Shown here: piece by piece, positions 26,101-39,000 of the stretch
How positions within the stretch are numbered: the stretch's first letter is position 1
Layout of the letters: each line of letters opens with the position of its first letter
Assembly: GCA_964035545.1 (NCBI GenBank)
Contig: OZ037768.1
Location: 22,167,319-22,231,318 of the forward strand
Source: Bugula neritina
Taxonomy: Eukaryota > Animalia > Bryozoa
Direction: 5' to 3'
Length of the DNA: 64,000 nucleotides
The notes under the pieces: model-generated
Told to the model about the DNA's origin: nothing
Databases searched by the model: none
What the model saw: only the letters and a program-made list of their open reading frames with translations
Translations under genes and position numbers: made by a program

Positions 26101-29100
26101 GATATATACACTGAGCTATGGGATACATATACTGAGCTATGGGATATATACACTGAACCATGGGATATATACACTGAACTGTGGAATACATACACTGAGC
26201 TATGGGATACATATACTGAACTATGGGATATATACACTGAACTATGGGATACATACACTGAACTATGGGATATATACACTGAGCTATGGGATACATACAC
26301 TGTATTATGGGATACATACACTGAACTATGGGATACATACACTGAACTATGGGATATATACACTGAGCTATGGGATACATACACTGAACTATGGGATATA
26401 TACACTGAACTATGGGATACATACACTGAACTATGAGATACATACACTGAATTACAAAGTATAATATTCTACGCTGTGCTACTTACGTTGCCTGTTTTTG
26501 ATAGAAGCAAGTTCCTCTGCCCAGTACTCCTGACCCGTGTCCTTGGCAAACGACTCTGCCGTAGCAGAGTACCCATAATGCACCAGGTAGGAGGAGACAA
26601 TCCTACAACCACGTCAGTAGTACTAACCATAGTATGTCGCATAGTATAATAGTGAGTATATTGACGCTTACAGAGTAGTACTAGTAATAATGTGCCTCAT
26701 AGTATAGATAAAATAGAATGACATGTTGAGACAGGTGTTTTAAGACACCTGCCAAAAACACACTGGCAGGTATTCGTGCAGAAGGCACCACACCATCTGG
26801 TCACAAAGGTAAAACCAAAGCAGAAATCAATATAAAATATTTATAAAATATTACAATATAACAATATATTATATCAGCAATATTTACCAGAGTTATAACA
26901 TACTTACAATATAATAATGCAAGATAATGTAACTATATATTATATCATACAATATAATACATTATAATGGATTTCAAGAGAAGTTATGTCCAACCTGTTA
27001 AGGATAGCCTGCCAGAGGTCATTATTCTGTTCCAGTGACATACCACCAATCTGTGTTTCAACAGCAACTTTATACTCCTGCATCCAACAACATGTAACAT
27101 TCAAATACATAACAATTACTTTGTACCCGCAGTAGAGTTCACTACACAGGGATAGTGACTATAGACTTGTGTGAGTAAAGTTCACTATAGTTTGTGCAAC
27201 TAGTAAAGGCGATAGTAAATATACTGGTAGCAGATTTTACTATTTGTATATATAGGCTAATATCTACTGCCATTGTTGGGACTTTACATAAGCTGGGAAA
27301 GCTTTTCCCTAATTCATTACAGCTTTTCACATATCATCACAGCTATGCCAGTTATATTATGCCTTTTCCACACTCATTATGGCTACTACACAATAGTTAA
27401 TCTTTTTGACTGGTGTAAAAACCCAGCATTTTCACTTATCTTTACACCTGCGGCTTGCAATTACACTTATAACTTATGATGTAACTGTTTTCACTTTGCT
27501 ATTTTCTTTCAGTCTGCGACAATAAATATTTCTATACATCAAAACGCAACAGCCATTATTATAAATACATAATATTAAAACATATTATGTTACTATATAT
27601 AGTATACATTTAGGTTTGAAAAAGTTTTTGTTAAACGCAGATAAGCAGATGGAAATCAACTGTATTGAAAAATTTAAATATAATCCCCGACACATTTCAT
27701 TTATACAGTACTAAAACTTTCATATACTTATATCTTAGCTATCATCTACAGACTGTTTGAGGGTTGTATGCTCTAACAATATTGTTTCACAATAAATTTC
27801 ATGCAAGCATGTCTCACATTAATTTGAAATATTTGATTGATTGCAGATGACATTTCCAGGAGTAAACCAATACTAATTATTGCTAACTCTCACAATTCTC
27901 AAGTTTTTCCAGAAAATGTGTGCACAAAATTTATCATAAAACAAAATTGATTGAGCGCACAACCCTCAAACAGTCTGTAAACAATATCAAAGATACATAT
28001 GAACATTTTAATACTGAATAAACAAAACCAATCAGAGATCCTTTCAAGTTAGCCTGTTTTTGACAAAGAATTCCTGTTTATTTCAAATGTTACAGCTATA
28101 TTGTATAGTAACTCAATATTTGATTAGTCTAACAACTTGGACTGTAAACATGCTATATGGTTATACAATAGAGTGAACCTATTCATACTCAACAATGTAG
28201 CTGTTCAGTATTACATGTAATAGTTTACAATCACCAACAGCTTTTGGACAAAATGTTTTATCAACAACTCATTCATCTACTTACTGTATCATGAACTAAA
28301 ACAATAACAAGCAGTGTGTGCTTGTAATATCAAACCTGCATGTAATCTTCTATATCAAATATAAATGGCTCCTTTCCAAAATTAGCCTGCACAATTTCCC
28401 CTGGTGTTTGCAGGCCAACTGTCGGGTACATACCATACTAAAACAACAACATACCCAGGCATATCTGAGTAATGATCCTAGATATTAACCCCAGTGAGCT
28501 AAAATACTGAACTCCATTCATGCTAGTACATCAGACTAAAAGCAAGTTACTGGAGAAATTGTCACATTTCACCAAGAATAGAAAGCAGAAGGTTATTTTA
28601 TTATACGACATAGTATGTAGGCTACAGGGAACAGCCGTGGTTTAGAGGTTAGAGCGCTGGATTAGTAAACACCAAGTCATGGGTTTGAACCCCAGTAAAG
28701 GCCATTTGTGATGTTAGGAAGAGCATCCAGTCATAATTGCTCCTGTGCCTCATCTGAATAAGTCCTTATCCCGATTTAACAAAACCCTTTCCATGGAGCG
28801 TTCTCACAGAAATAGTGATGATAAACTTGCATGAAGTTTTTTAGCTAGGCTACTCAAACTAACTTGACTATTAGGTATAATGATGCACTAGTTTTTGGAA
28901 AATATACATTTAAAAACAGACATCTTGAAACAGCCAACAGCTAAAACTGTTGTGTTTATTTCTAAAACATCATGCGAACTTTTTCACAGTATGCAAAAAA
29001 CTTGGATGATTAGCAGTTGGAAGAGCCAATAGAAACCATTTAGGTGCAATAGTGGAGAAATTGAGATAGTCTAAGTTCTTTATTTATTTTATAAAAGTTA

Positions 29101-31397
29101 GGTTCGGGCCTGGGTTGAAATTTGCATGAGGACATAACTTCTTTTGCTACATTTCTAGTCTAGAAGGAAAACTTTTCTCATTACTGCACCTACCTCTAAG
29201 CATTCTGAGCTTAAACCCTGAGAAAGGATAACTGCACTTGCATATGAAAAAGCTGCATTTAATGAAATCTAGTAATTCTAGAAAATGATTCACATTCAAA
29301 CTTAATATGAGGGTATCTTTTGGCTTCCCAACAGGTGAGTTGAAGAGAGATTAGTGACTCTAAATACAAGACGTATCAATACAGGAGCAGCTAGTGAGAG
29401 GGTCCTACATACCGAAATATTCTTAAACGCAGCTCCTACAAATAGAGAGTCATTTGTTTAATAACTGACTGAGTTGGAACTGAACTACTCACTACTCTAC
29501 TAACTACTTTACTAACTACTCTACTCACACTACTAAATATTTGCTACCAATACTACTAGCTACTGATACTACTAACAATTATTCACTGCTCACTACTAGT
29601 TACCCACACTACTAACTTCATTGCTAACTACTCACACTAACACTGCAACTCACTACTAACACTGCTACTAACTACTAACACTGCTATTAACTACTAGCTA
29701 CTAACACTGCAACTCACTACTAACACTGTAACTAACTACTAGCTACTAACAATGACAGACACTATCAACATATGATGTGAGATAAGAAGTCTTTACATTC
29801 TCTAGTATGAAGTTATATTATGACATAGAGGGACACCCAGCTTACCTAAATTCACTCCATTCTTGGTGAAAAAGCAGGTGCCATCAATGAGGTTAACACA
29901 ACAGCCAATCACGTCGTTAGTAGTAAATGTTGGCCCGTACGGTTCGCCATGACCAGAACAACTGAATGAGTGGCCGTCATCGCCATGGTAACCGTAGGAG
30001 TTGTTCTCCCAACCTAAATATCGTGTGTAGAAAAGAGTAAATTACAGTTACAAATTCCTAAAATTGAATAAACTAGACTACAAATAAAAGGATTTAAAAA
30101 TTAACCTGGTAGTCTGTTGTTACTGACATCTGCACCACTTAGTCCAATTCCCATGTATCTGTAAAATATAACAGAATTTTAATAACTATTGAGTTTTAAA
30201 TCACCAAGTGTAATTATCCAATAAGTTCACCATAGCTTTGTCACACCTCTGCATATTTGCCTGCATGTAAAAAGGATTTACTTCATTTAAACTGGTGTAT
30301 ATACTTGACATTTATTTCCGCAATAATGTTATATTTTCTTCCGTAAATTGCTAGAGATCATGGGTTAACAGTGGTGTTAAATTTTGCTGGGATTTTTATA
30401 GCAACTTTATACTCTCAGCCATTTTATCTTGAACTCCAAATGTATTTTTTCCAATTTTGAATGATAAAGTAATATAAAACTTTGGAAACTTGCTAAAACT
30501 CCATCATCTAACAAATAACTTTAGAAATAACTGAGAATTGCTACACTTATAACATTGTATAAGAGAGGCAAGAATTCAAATAAAAATACAAAATTACCCA
30601 TCACGGCCTTTACTGATGATCTTCACCTCAAAGTAGTAAATTCCACAAGAAGGAGGTATTGGATAGTTGGTTCTAATACTAGCTGCATCTTTGGGTATTT
30701 TACCAAGTCCTAAAGCATAGAAATTAGTCACCTTAAAATACCCAATTAGACTTAAAAATAAAGTTACTAAACTAACAATAAAGCAGTCTAGTACAGTAGA
30801 CTGGTAACAGTCAACATATAAGAATGCTGAATCAATGACATTACAATTTATTCAGAATAGCTTTGAAAACTTTTAATAAGGAATGAGAAACTAAAATATT
30901 TTGGGTTTCATGACATAGGAGAACTTGAGCATACTATACTAAGTCAACAGAAGCCTATTAGCACAGAACTAAAGATAGATCCCAGCAAAATAAAAAATCA
31001 TCACATAAAATGTGATTTATTTGAAATTAAATTACAAATTTCATGCCAAAATACTTCAATCACTTGCCTAAAGTTATTTATTAGCCAAACTCTAAAAAGT
31101 CTATAGTGTGCTGCAGTGTTGATCTGCAATTATTAAAATATTTCACTCAAGTTTTGAAATTTCAAGAGAGACATTTCTATAATCTCTTCTAAAAACTAAA
31201 TAAAGGGAAAATGTGCATGAATTACCTTTGTAATTAATGGTCAGACCATCTTCAGAAAGACCTATAAACTCATGCTTGTCCTTGTGACTCCAACAAGTTG
31301 GAAATGGAGTTTCCAATTCGTTCACAGCCGGATATAGCTGCTTTAGACGACTATTTTTATTTGACAACGCAGCCATTCCTTTTTGCAACAAGCTCAT
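23159..31397 (-). CDS. RANBP9: Ran-binding protein 9/10 (RanBPM; GID1 scaffold of the CTLH E3 ligase), ~574 aa, 13 coding exons
   Basis: Exons 31397-31226, 30709-30598, 30158-30106, 30013-29846, 29435-29413, 28437-28336, 27077-26995, 26602-26487, 25375-25141, 24786-24548, 24430-24276, 23640-23529, 23313-23159 (1725 nt, all GT-AG, in frame). SPRY motifs ([37 protein letters not shown]; [17 protein letters not shown]; [11 protein letters not shown]), LisH ([18 protein letters not shown]), CTLH ([14 protein letters not shown]), CRA ([27 protein letters not shown]). RANBP9 vs RANBP10 orthology is not resolvable here. Confidence 0.96.
23370..23555 (-). repeat. 34-bp tandem repeat x5.5 spanning the RanBP9/10 exon-12 donor site
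   Basis: Unit ctatttagagctgcaccactcacctagaatagca; each copy carries CTAG|GTGAGT on the sense strand. Confidence 0.97.
24781..25113 (-). repeat. 30-32-bp tandem repeat x~11 spanning the RanBP9/10 exon-10 acceptor site
   Basis: Unit cttctacagtatatatattacataatacta; sense strand ...ATATACTGTAG|AAG. Confidence 0.97.
25479..25595. mobile_element. MITE family B, partial copy 3 (inverted orientation)
   Basis: GCACAGCAATGGAGAAATTGAGAAAAGCCCGTGTTCTAGGTTAGAAATGTAGCAAAAGAAG is the reverse complement of the family's 3' half. Confidence 0.68.
25765..26452. repeat. 21-bp minisatellite x~32 in RanBP9/10 intron 8
   Basis: Unit ctatgggatacatacactgaa; starts ~35 nt from the 26486 donor; produces the spurious repetitive ORFs. 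Confidence 0.98.
27700..28022. mobile_element. Foldback/palindromic element (probable MITE remnant) in RanBP9/10 intron 6
   Basis: Arms of ~110 bp with a perfect 21-bp inverted core TACAGACTGTTTGAGGGTTGT (27747-27767) / ACAACCCTCAAACAGTCTGTA (27959-27979). Confidence 0.7.
28628..28842 (+). mobile_element. SINE family A, near full-length copy 4
   Basis: Aligns end to end with 12086-12300. Confidence 0.88.
29042..29191. mobile_element. MITE family B, copy 4
   Basis: AGGTGCAATAGTGGAGAAA ... TTTCTCATTACTGCACCT TIRs. Confidence 0.75.
29483..29752. repeat. Degenerate (ACT)n-derived repeat in RanBP9/10 intron 4
   Basis: Repeated actactaacactgc / actactagct units. Confidence 0.8.
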
Positions 31398-34329
31398 GGC
31401 TTTGCTGCGCCACTCTAAAGCAGTAGATTTAGTATCAGCAACAGTTAATGAATGGGTTCTATGTTTTTATAGATTGTAAACATCATTTATTTTTAGATTT
31501 CAATTGAACAACTACTTAACATTATCTATCAGTCAACTAATTAATCAATCAATTAACTATCTAAAATCAATATTGTAACTAAAAAGTAGCTAGTTTGCAT
31601 GAATTAAAGCAGTAAAAATGTTCAACATGAATCTGATTATCAGAAAATACTAAGTTGTGGAATACTGTTAAGAGAATTTGTGTTGTTATACATTCATGTT
31701 GAAAAACACAAGACTGCCAAGTGAAAGGAATATAAAAAATATATCTGGTAGTCTTTGAAATGCAAGCTGTACGCAAATAAAATTAAGAAAGCATTTCATA
31801 TTTTAAAGAAGGTAGGTGCCTTCAAACTTCATAAAAAATCATTTGAAGCAGATGAGGTAAAGTTTCAGAAGTTTTCTGCAAGAGGTGTTCAAAAAGCTAC
31901 ATATCAAAAGAAATTAATAAGGACTGATGAATTGGTAAAGCTGGAGTTGATATTCATATTAGTTCAGCTAGGAGAAAATTGGCTGCAATGTCTTTGTCCA
32001 ATAAGTCTATAAAAATAACAAAGTACAAAGAAAAGTTGAAGAAAGGACTGAAAGAGAATACATAAAACGTTAGATTATTAGGCAAATAAAATCAAATTCA
32101 ATATAGGCCTAATATAATTATAGTATAAACATTCATTATAGGTGGAGCTATAATTGTGATTGGACTTTAACATTCACTTGGTCTTGATAATTATAATATT
32201 ATTACCCATAATTAATATTATTTTGTTAGAGTTAATGACATTTAGTTTTACTAATAATATAATATTAAATTTAGTTTAAATTCTATGTTGAATTTGAACA
32301 TAATACTAATAATATACTATTACTATTACTATTAGTATTACTAAAACTAAAAGTAATTTTCCTACTAACACTAATAGAGTAATACAAATACAATAAAAAT
32401 TGCAAAGGGCATGGCAAAAGCTTAAAGTTGACCTGCTTTACTCTTTGTTTTAATTTTATCAAAGACAAAAGCCTGAAACAGAATCAGAATGAGAAAAAAC
32501 AAAGGTGAAACTTGAAACTGAAAATGAAAGGGATCTCTTGCCTTTGATGATGGTCGAACTTAAATTTAAAATTAATACACTATAAATATCACATATATTT
32601 TTATCTTACATAAATATTTAATTAGTTAAATCACTGTTAGTGTTGATTACTTTCACAGAGCATCAATAAACTTATCAGTTATTAGTAATAATTACAGATT
32701 ATCATACAATTGTCATGAAGTGAGATTCACTACAATATTTTAGTATTAAATCATTAGAAGAATAAAGTAAATAGATCATTCGTTTAGTCTCTACACATTA
32801 GCCAATAGCCAACTTTTTAACAAAATATTAACATGCCTATGAAAATGTAAACAAACACAAAATATTATGCACTGTTCTTAAGTTTTTTATTTGTAAAACA
32901 AGTAATTTATATTTTTAAAATACAATTAATTAAAAAAAAACTAGAATATTTTTTTTAAGGTTTTCTAATGACTATCAAATCGTTGAAACCATAATATTAT
33001 TGTAGCGATAACTCTAGCATCACAAGGTAACTTTTGAAGTGAGTCTCGGTCTGCTTTGAATTAAACTCTCAGTCTTAAGTCAAAGTCAAAACGCAATTAG
33101 TAATAATAATTAGGCTACCAGTATTACTGCTGATACTTCGCTCCTCCAATTTTCTTGTTATGGGTGCATTCTCATTTTATCAATATTGCGCATTTATAGT
33201 TATACTCATGCTGTCATGCTCACTATTAATGAGTATTATTATTAGTATAACTAATCCAATTCCATATTGATATTAACATTACAGAATATGAATGAAAATT
33301 AGTATATTACTAGTTTTACTCATACTGATACTCATACTCATAGTGGTACTGATAGTCGTTGTAATTAGGATTTGTATAAGCCTTAAGGCTTTGTCATACT
33401 AATATTGATGCTGTGATACCCATGCTCATAGTGATAGTTATAGTCATACTCATAGTGATACAGTCATAAAGTTAACCTCTCACAGTTTCATTCTCAGTCA
33501 ATGTGATGACTCAGTCTCATAAATGGTAAGCCTGTGACTATAGCCTTTGCCCTCTACTCTATAGGTATCGTATAGCTATAGGCTGGGCTTTCCCTGATGG
33601 CTGATACTCTGTAATAGTATCAGCTATGCATATATGGGCTATGGCTATGATAAATGTGATAGTTACTGTTATGTAATTCAAATCAATGTAATGACCCAGT
33701 CTCATGGGGCATTATTATGATTATTATGATTATGATAAACTCATCACAGTGATGGCGTACTGATTACTGGTAACTGAACATAATCATATTCATATTAATT
33801 ATAATATTGGTAGTGATATTTGAATTGGCATTTATCTTTGAATGTGTGACTAGCTCTAACTTTAAGTGTTCATGCTATTCAAGTGTTTTCATTTTATATT
33901 CAGTATTTGCTTTCACTCTTATTATTTTATAACTTGATCCTTATACCTGCAAGTTATATTTATAAGTATGAGCATCTCATTTTTCCTTGTTTTTTTAGTA
34001 TATGTTCTCTTTTTAAACATGTATGATTTAGTTTTGCTGTGTTACTAAAAAATGATCTAAACAATGAATACCAATTGTGAAATCTAATAGTGTTTTATAA
34101 GTATAGAATTATTAGTATATACTCAAGTTTATACTATTACTTTTACTAAATAATATACTGTGTATATACATAAAATTGTCTTTATAAAAACTTGTAAACA
34201 AATGCTAAGGTATATGCTATAGTAGTTGTCTCACCCTTACCGACAAAAATAGTCCACCATTACTATTATAGTAAAAATTAGTTATTACTAATCATTAGGC
34301 CGTTGGATGTTTTTGCAAACATGAACTGT

Positions 34330-34900
34330 GTAATTTTAAGCTATATTGATTCAGTTTTAAATGCAGAGCAGTGCAGTTGGAGTGAAATAAGGTGCATTAT
34401 GATCAATATAGTCACTTTAATCATTATAATGAAGACCATGTGTTTAAAAATTGGTGTTTACCTCCAATCTCTTGTTATAGCAATATCATTTGATTCCGTG
34501 TTAGTTAAAAACTTGCGTTGCAAGAGTTCTGTTCACCACTAGGTTTTCTGGTCATTAGCTTGTAGTATTATATATCTGTTTTGTGATCGTAGTTGAAATT
34601 CTATTTTTCCATATTCATGCTTATTGCACAGTTCGACTTAATAATGGTTTAGACAAGCAGGGTTTTTGTCAAAAAATGTCATTAGTTTTATCCAATAGAT
34701 TATGTCAGCTAGAGATATCAGCTACATTTGTACTTATTTCATCGAACTGTTTTCGAATAATTGATTTTCTATGTAATGCTTATTGAGCTTGCGTTTTCAA
34801 TTTGATATAGAAGACCTAATATATTTCATACATCAATCAAGTTATTTAGCCTGACTCTTGGTAGCGTATATACCTCAACCTGTATGCAGTTGTTGTTTTA
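34330..34900 (-). mobile_element. Possible highly decayed non-LTR retrotransposon (LINE ORF2) fragment
   Basis: The minus strand gives broken peptides KLMTRKPSG...DWR..TPIFK...ISL, resembling the KSPGPDG...WK.A.V.PIFK.G...NYRPISL region upstream of CR1/L2 RT; many stops and frameshifts. Confidence 0.3.
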
Positions 34901-36000
34901 AGATTTGTTCCCTCTTTTTCACAAAACAGAGTGGACTATTGTGTTTGTTTTCTTTAAGAAATGTTTTCGAGACTGTAGCTACAGGCAGTTATATGTCTCG
35001 TGTCTAGTTTTCTAATTGTTCCTTTTTCTCATGTCCTCCTGGTATATCTATTGAGATTGTATTCCATTCTGCAGCAAAATCTCATATTTTGAAAACCTTG
35101 TTTCTTAAAACCTCTAGTTACTAGTAATTTTTAAACTTTTTTTACAAGAAATTCATTAAATTGGTTTTTCAGAGATGTGTTTTAAAAAAACTTATAGTGA
35201 AATCATTAAATACAATTAAATTTTGATAGCAGTTTCATATAAACAATATTCATCATTAAGAGGTTCAATATTCTATAAGCAAGTAGTACTTAGAAACATT
35301 GAGTTGTAATGTTTTTTTTCTGTTTCTTCAAATCTATTATAAAAAATTTAATTAAGAAAAATTAGACGACTCAATTTTTCTTGAAAATTAAGCCTCTACC
35401 ACACTGATAGCATAAATTTATAACCATTTTATCAGAATCAGTACTTTAATACAAAAGTAGTTTATCAAACTCTAAGTTTACCAACGTCCATCATTAGCCA
35501 TAGCCCATAGAACATACATAACTACAAGCTAAGCAGTTGAAGTTTGTTGAAAAATGCCAGTTTACTACCAATTTGGTTTCAGAAAGAGTAAATAAGATAA
35601 AAATGCTCATTGTTTTAAGTTAATATATGGACTAGTTTTGTTTGATGTAAGGTGGAAGTTTTAGGATGGAATACTCTGTTTAGTGAAGGATCTTTATACT
35701 AAATGCTCTTAACCCAGCATGTCATGCGAAATAATTATACAATGTCCCATTAGCTGGTACCTTCAGTCACCTCTAGTATGCATTGTGACAGATTAAGCAC
35801 AAGAGATAAGAAATCGCCGTAAGCTGTTCACTTCTCACTGCTTATCAGCTCTCACGCCATATTTCGAGTCTCTTCATTTGCACTTTCACATCTAATGCTA
35901 TCACATCTTCATTTATAGCATAGTACCTTTCTTCTCTAGGGTCGTGATGGAAAATCTGTTACATAGAGTTCTCATTGTTGAATAGACTAATTTCTCTACA

Positions 36001-39000
36001 ATGTCGTCGGATGGGGGAAGAGACAGCCCTCAGCAAATGCAGCCGATTTCGACTGCTAACTCGAAGGAGATGCTTACTCGTTCTGGCTCAATAACAGTAA
36101 CTACTACAACCACCGGTTCTAGTGAAGGAATCATGACATACAAGACTCGCTACATCACTGTGGCAATTTTATTCTTTGTGAATCTCCTCAATTATATGGA
36201 CAGATATACTATAGCAGGTACATTCTACACTCAGTTTATAATTATGTATTTAATTTGTATTGCATGATTGAAAAGCGCTGGTGGTTTTACGTTTTATATT
36301 TTGGTTTCACGCTATGTAGTGAACATTTCTTTCATTTAGAACTCAACTATGTGTAGTAAGCAAAACTGCTTGGAAATATAAGTATTTACTGTAGAGAAAA
36401 TTTTGCCGTCAAAGATTTTGCATAAGTTTACTTGAACCCTGATATACTGTATGCACCACATAGAGCACCTGCTGTATATGGCATAAATGTACTACATATA
36501 GAGCACCTGCTGTATGTGGCATAAATGTACTACATATAGAGCACCTGCTGTATGTGGCATGTACATTATGTACTACATAGAGCACCTCCTATATATAATG
36601 TATGCACTACATAGAGCACGTCCTGTATATGACATGTATGCACTATATATAGCACCTGCTGTATATAATGTATGCACTACATAGAGCACCTGCTGTATAT
36701 GCCATGTATGCACTACAGAGAGCACCTGCTGTATATGCCATGTAAGCACTGCATAGAGCACCTGCTGTATATATGCAGGTAGCTTACAGATCTATGTTAG
36801 CCAATGGCTATCACTGTTACATATTTACAACAGGAGTTCTAGTTGCTGTACAGGACTACTATGGCGTTGGCGACTTTGCCTCGGGTCTTCTGCAGTCCAG
36901 TTTTGTCATCGGTTTCAGCATCACAGCACCCGCCTTCGGCTACGCAGGTGACAGGTATAACCGCAAATGGCTGATGGTGGGCGGCATTGCTCTATGGTCT
37001 CTGGTCACGCTGGCTGGCTCCTTTGTTCCAGCTAATGTAAGTTATCTTCTCTTTTAGATCTCACGGCGTCTCGGGGAGAATATTTCTTGTAAATGTTGAT
37101 GTTTTAAGCATCAAAGATAATTGCAATGTTATAAAAGATAAATTTAGCAGAGGTTTCTTTCTCCTGTCTCACTGTTGTTCTGTTTTGCAGATGTTCTGGC
37201 TGTTTGTGTTGCTGAGAGCCATAGTGGGTGTGGGAGAGGCTAGCTACGTGACTATCGCACCCACATTGATCTCTGACTTGTTTGTCAAAGAACAACGATC
37301 TCTTATGCTTATGATTTTCTACTTTGCTATTCCAGTTGGCAGGTGAGTTTCTTTTACACGCATTGTGTTGTTGGTGTGTACCTTGTAGTATATTGAAAGC
37401 CTCACGCAAGTTTATAGTCACCATCCCTTTGAGAACCCCTGATGGAAAGAGTTTTTTAATTGGGCTAAAGACTTATTAAGATGAGGCACAGGAGAAATTA
37501 TTATTGGATGCTCTTCCTAACATCACCAATGGCCTTTGTCAGGGTTCAAACCCATGACTTCGTGTTTACTAAGCAAACACTCTAACCTCTTATAGCATAT
37601 ACTCAGTTGTATATACTATATCAATATATAATATAGTAGTTAGTTCTAAAGCTTTTTTATATTGTATCATATTATACAGTAATGCGTGCAAAAAACGCTG
37701 TATTTAGCTGTATAATACAATGTATATAACATAGTATAAATATATAGATGATATATGTGATATATCATATGTAATATAATAGTGTATAGCATTACATCAC
37801 CTTTATACAGTATAATATAGTAGTTAATTTCTGACTGCTATAACTAACTGCATAACAGGGAGAATTCTCAGCTGTGATTGGCTGACACCCGAATGACCTT
37901 GCACCTTCATTTAATGGAACGAGGTGTCATTTCAGTGCAGCCAATTAAGTGTGAGAATAAACAATGTAAGAGTTTAACTCGATGTTTGTGTGTGTACAGC
38001 CAGCATATTATATAGTTGTATGATAGTTTCTCTCATCACAGCTAGACCAAGTGTGTTAGTGAAGTGTGCCTGCATTTGAAGAGATTCTTCAAATGTTAAA
38101 ACTATTTCCTAATGTTCAAAATAACACGTATTTTGTATAACTGACATTATCTAGTACTGAAATGTGTGCCATGTTCTACTAAGGTCTTTTGGCAGACTAC
38201 AGACTGGTGTAAACTGCAGTGTCATTACCAAGAATGTTAATCTGCAGCAATATTATCTAATAAGCTGATCTGTAGACACTAAGCACGTCATCCTTCCAAC
38301 TATATAAATTAATTTATATTTTTGATGTCAGCATAAGTATGCTATGTGAGTTGTCTCCCATTATTGTATGTTTATTCACTTGTATTGTACATGTATTTGT
38401 TGCAGTGGTTTGGGGTATATTATTGGCTCAAAGGTGGCCGTGTTGTTTCACCAGTGGCAATGGTCATTGCGGGTGAGTGTTACATCATTACATATTCTAA
38501 TTGTGTTGTCTTGTTTAACAGAATATAGAATTGTATTTATTGTATTACATAATATAGAATTGTATTATATTGCAGAATATATAACTTATTTTGTGCATTA
38601 TGTTCTCTTGATTGCAAACTTGTGTATTATTATACAATTATTACCTTCTATTTTCATTATACTATACTGCATTTGTTAACAGAGCATTTTACCAAGTTTA
38701 TAGTAATGTGCTGATAATGATAAGGTAAAAGGTGTATGGCATTGTATTGTCCTTTGTGTTAAATTAAAACACTTGTAGAATGATAATACAATTGATTGTG
38801 TTACGTTATTGTATTAGATTACGTGATAGTCATTAAGCATAGCCTTAGTTTTCTAGCTTATTTTGCTGTAGGTGACTCCTGGACTAGGAGTTGTCTGCTG
38901 TCTTCTAATTGCTATTATAACCAGGGATCCTCCCAGAGGAATGGCTGAAGACGGGGCCAGTCACCACTCCAACTCAACAGTTGCTGAAGATGTTAAAAGC

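Noticed and set aside
25733-26447. 236-aa and 229-aa repetitive ORFs (VQCMYPI / SHSSVYV)
   Set aside because: Stop-free readouts of a 21-bp intronic minisatellite; no splice-compatible role in RanBP9/10.
23370-26452. Direct-repeat arrays as CRISPR-like loci
   Set aside because: Units are head-to-tail with no unique spacers, lie in spliceosomal introns, and have no cas genes nearby.
29483-29752. Repeated TACTAAC as branch-point or QKI sites
   Set aside because: They are on the antisense strand of RanBP9/10 and arise from (ACT)n decay.
31755-32012. 85-aa Lys-rich ORF upstream of RanBP9/10
   Set aside because: Non-ATG start, no recognisable domain or splice context.
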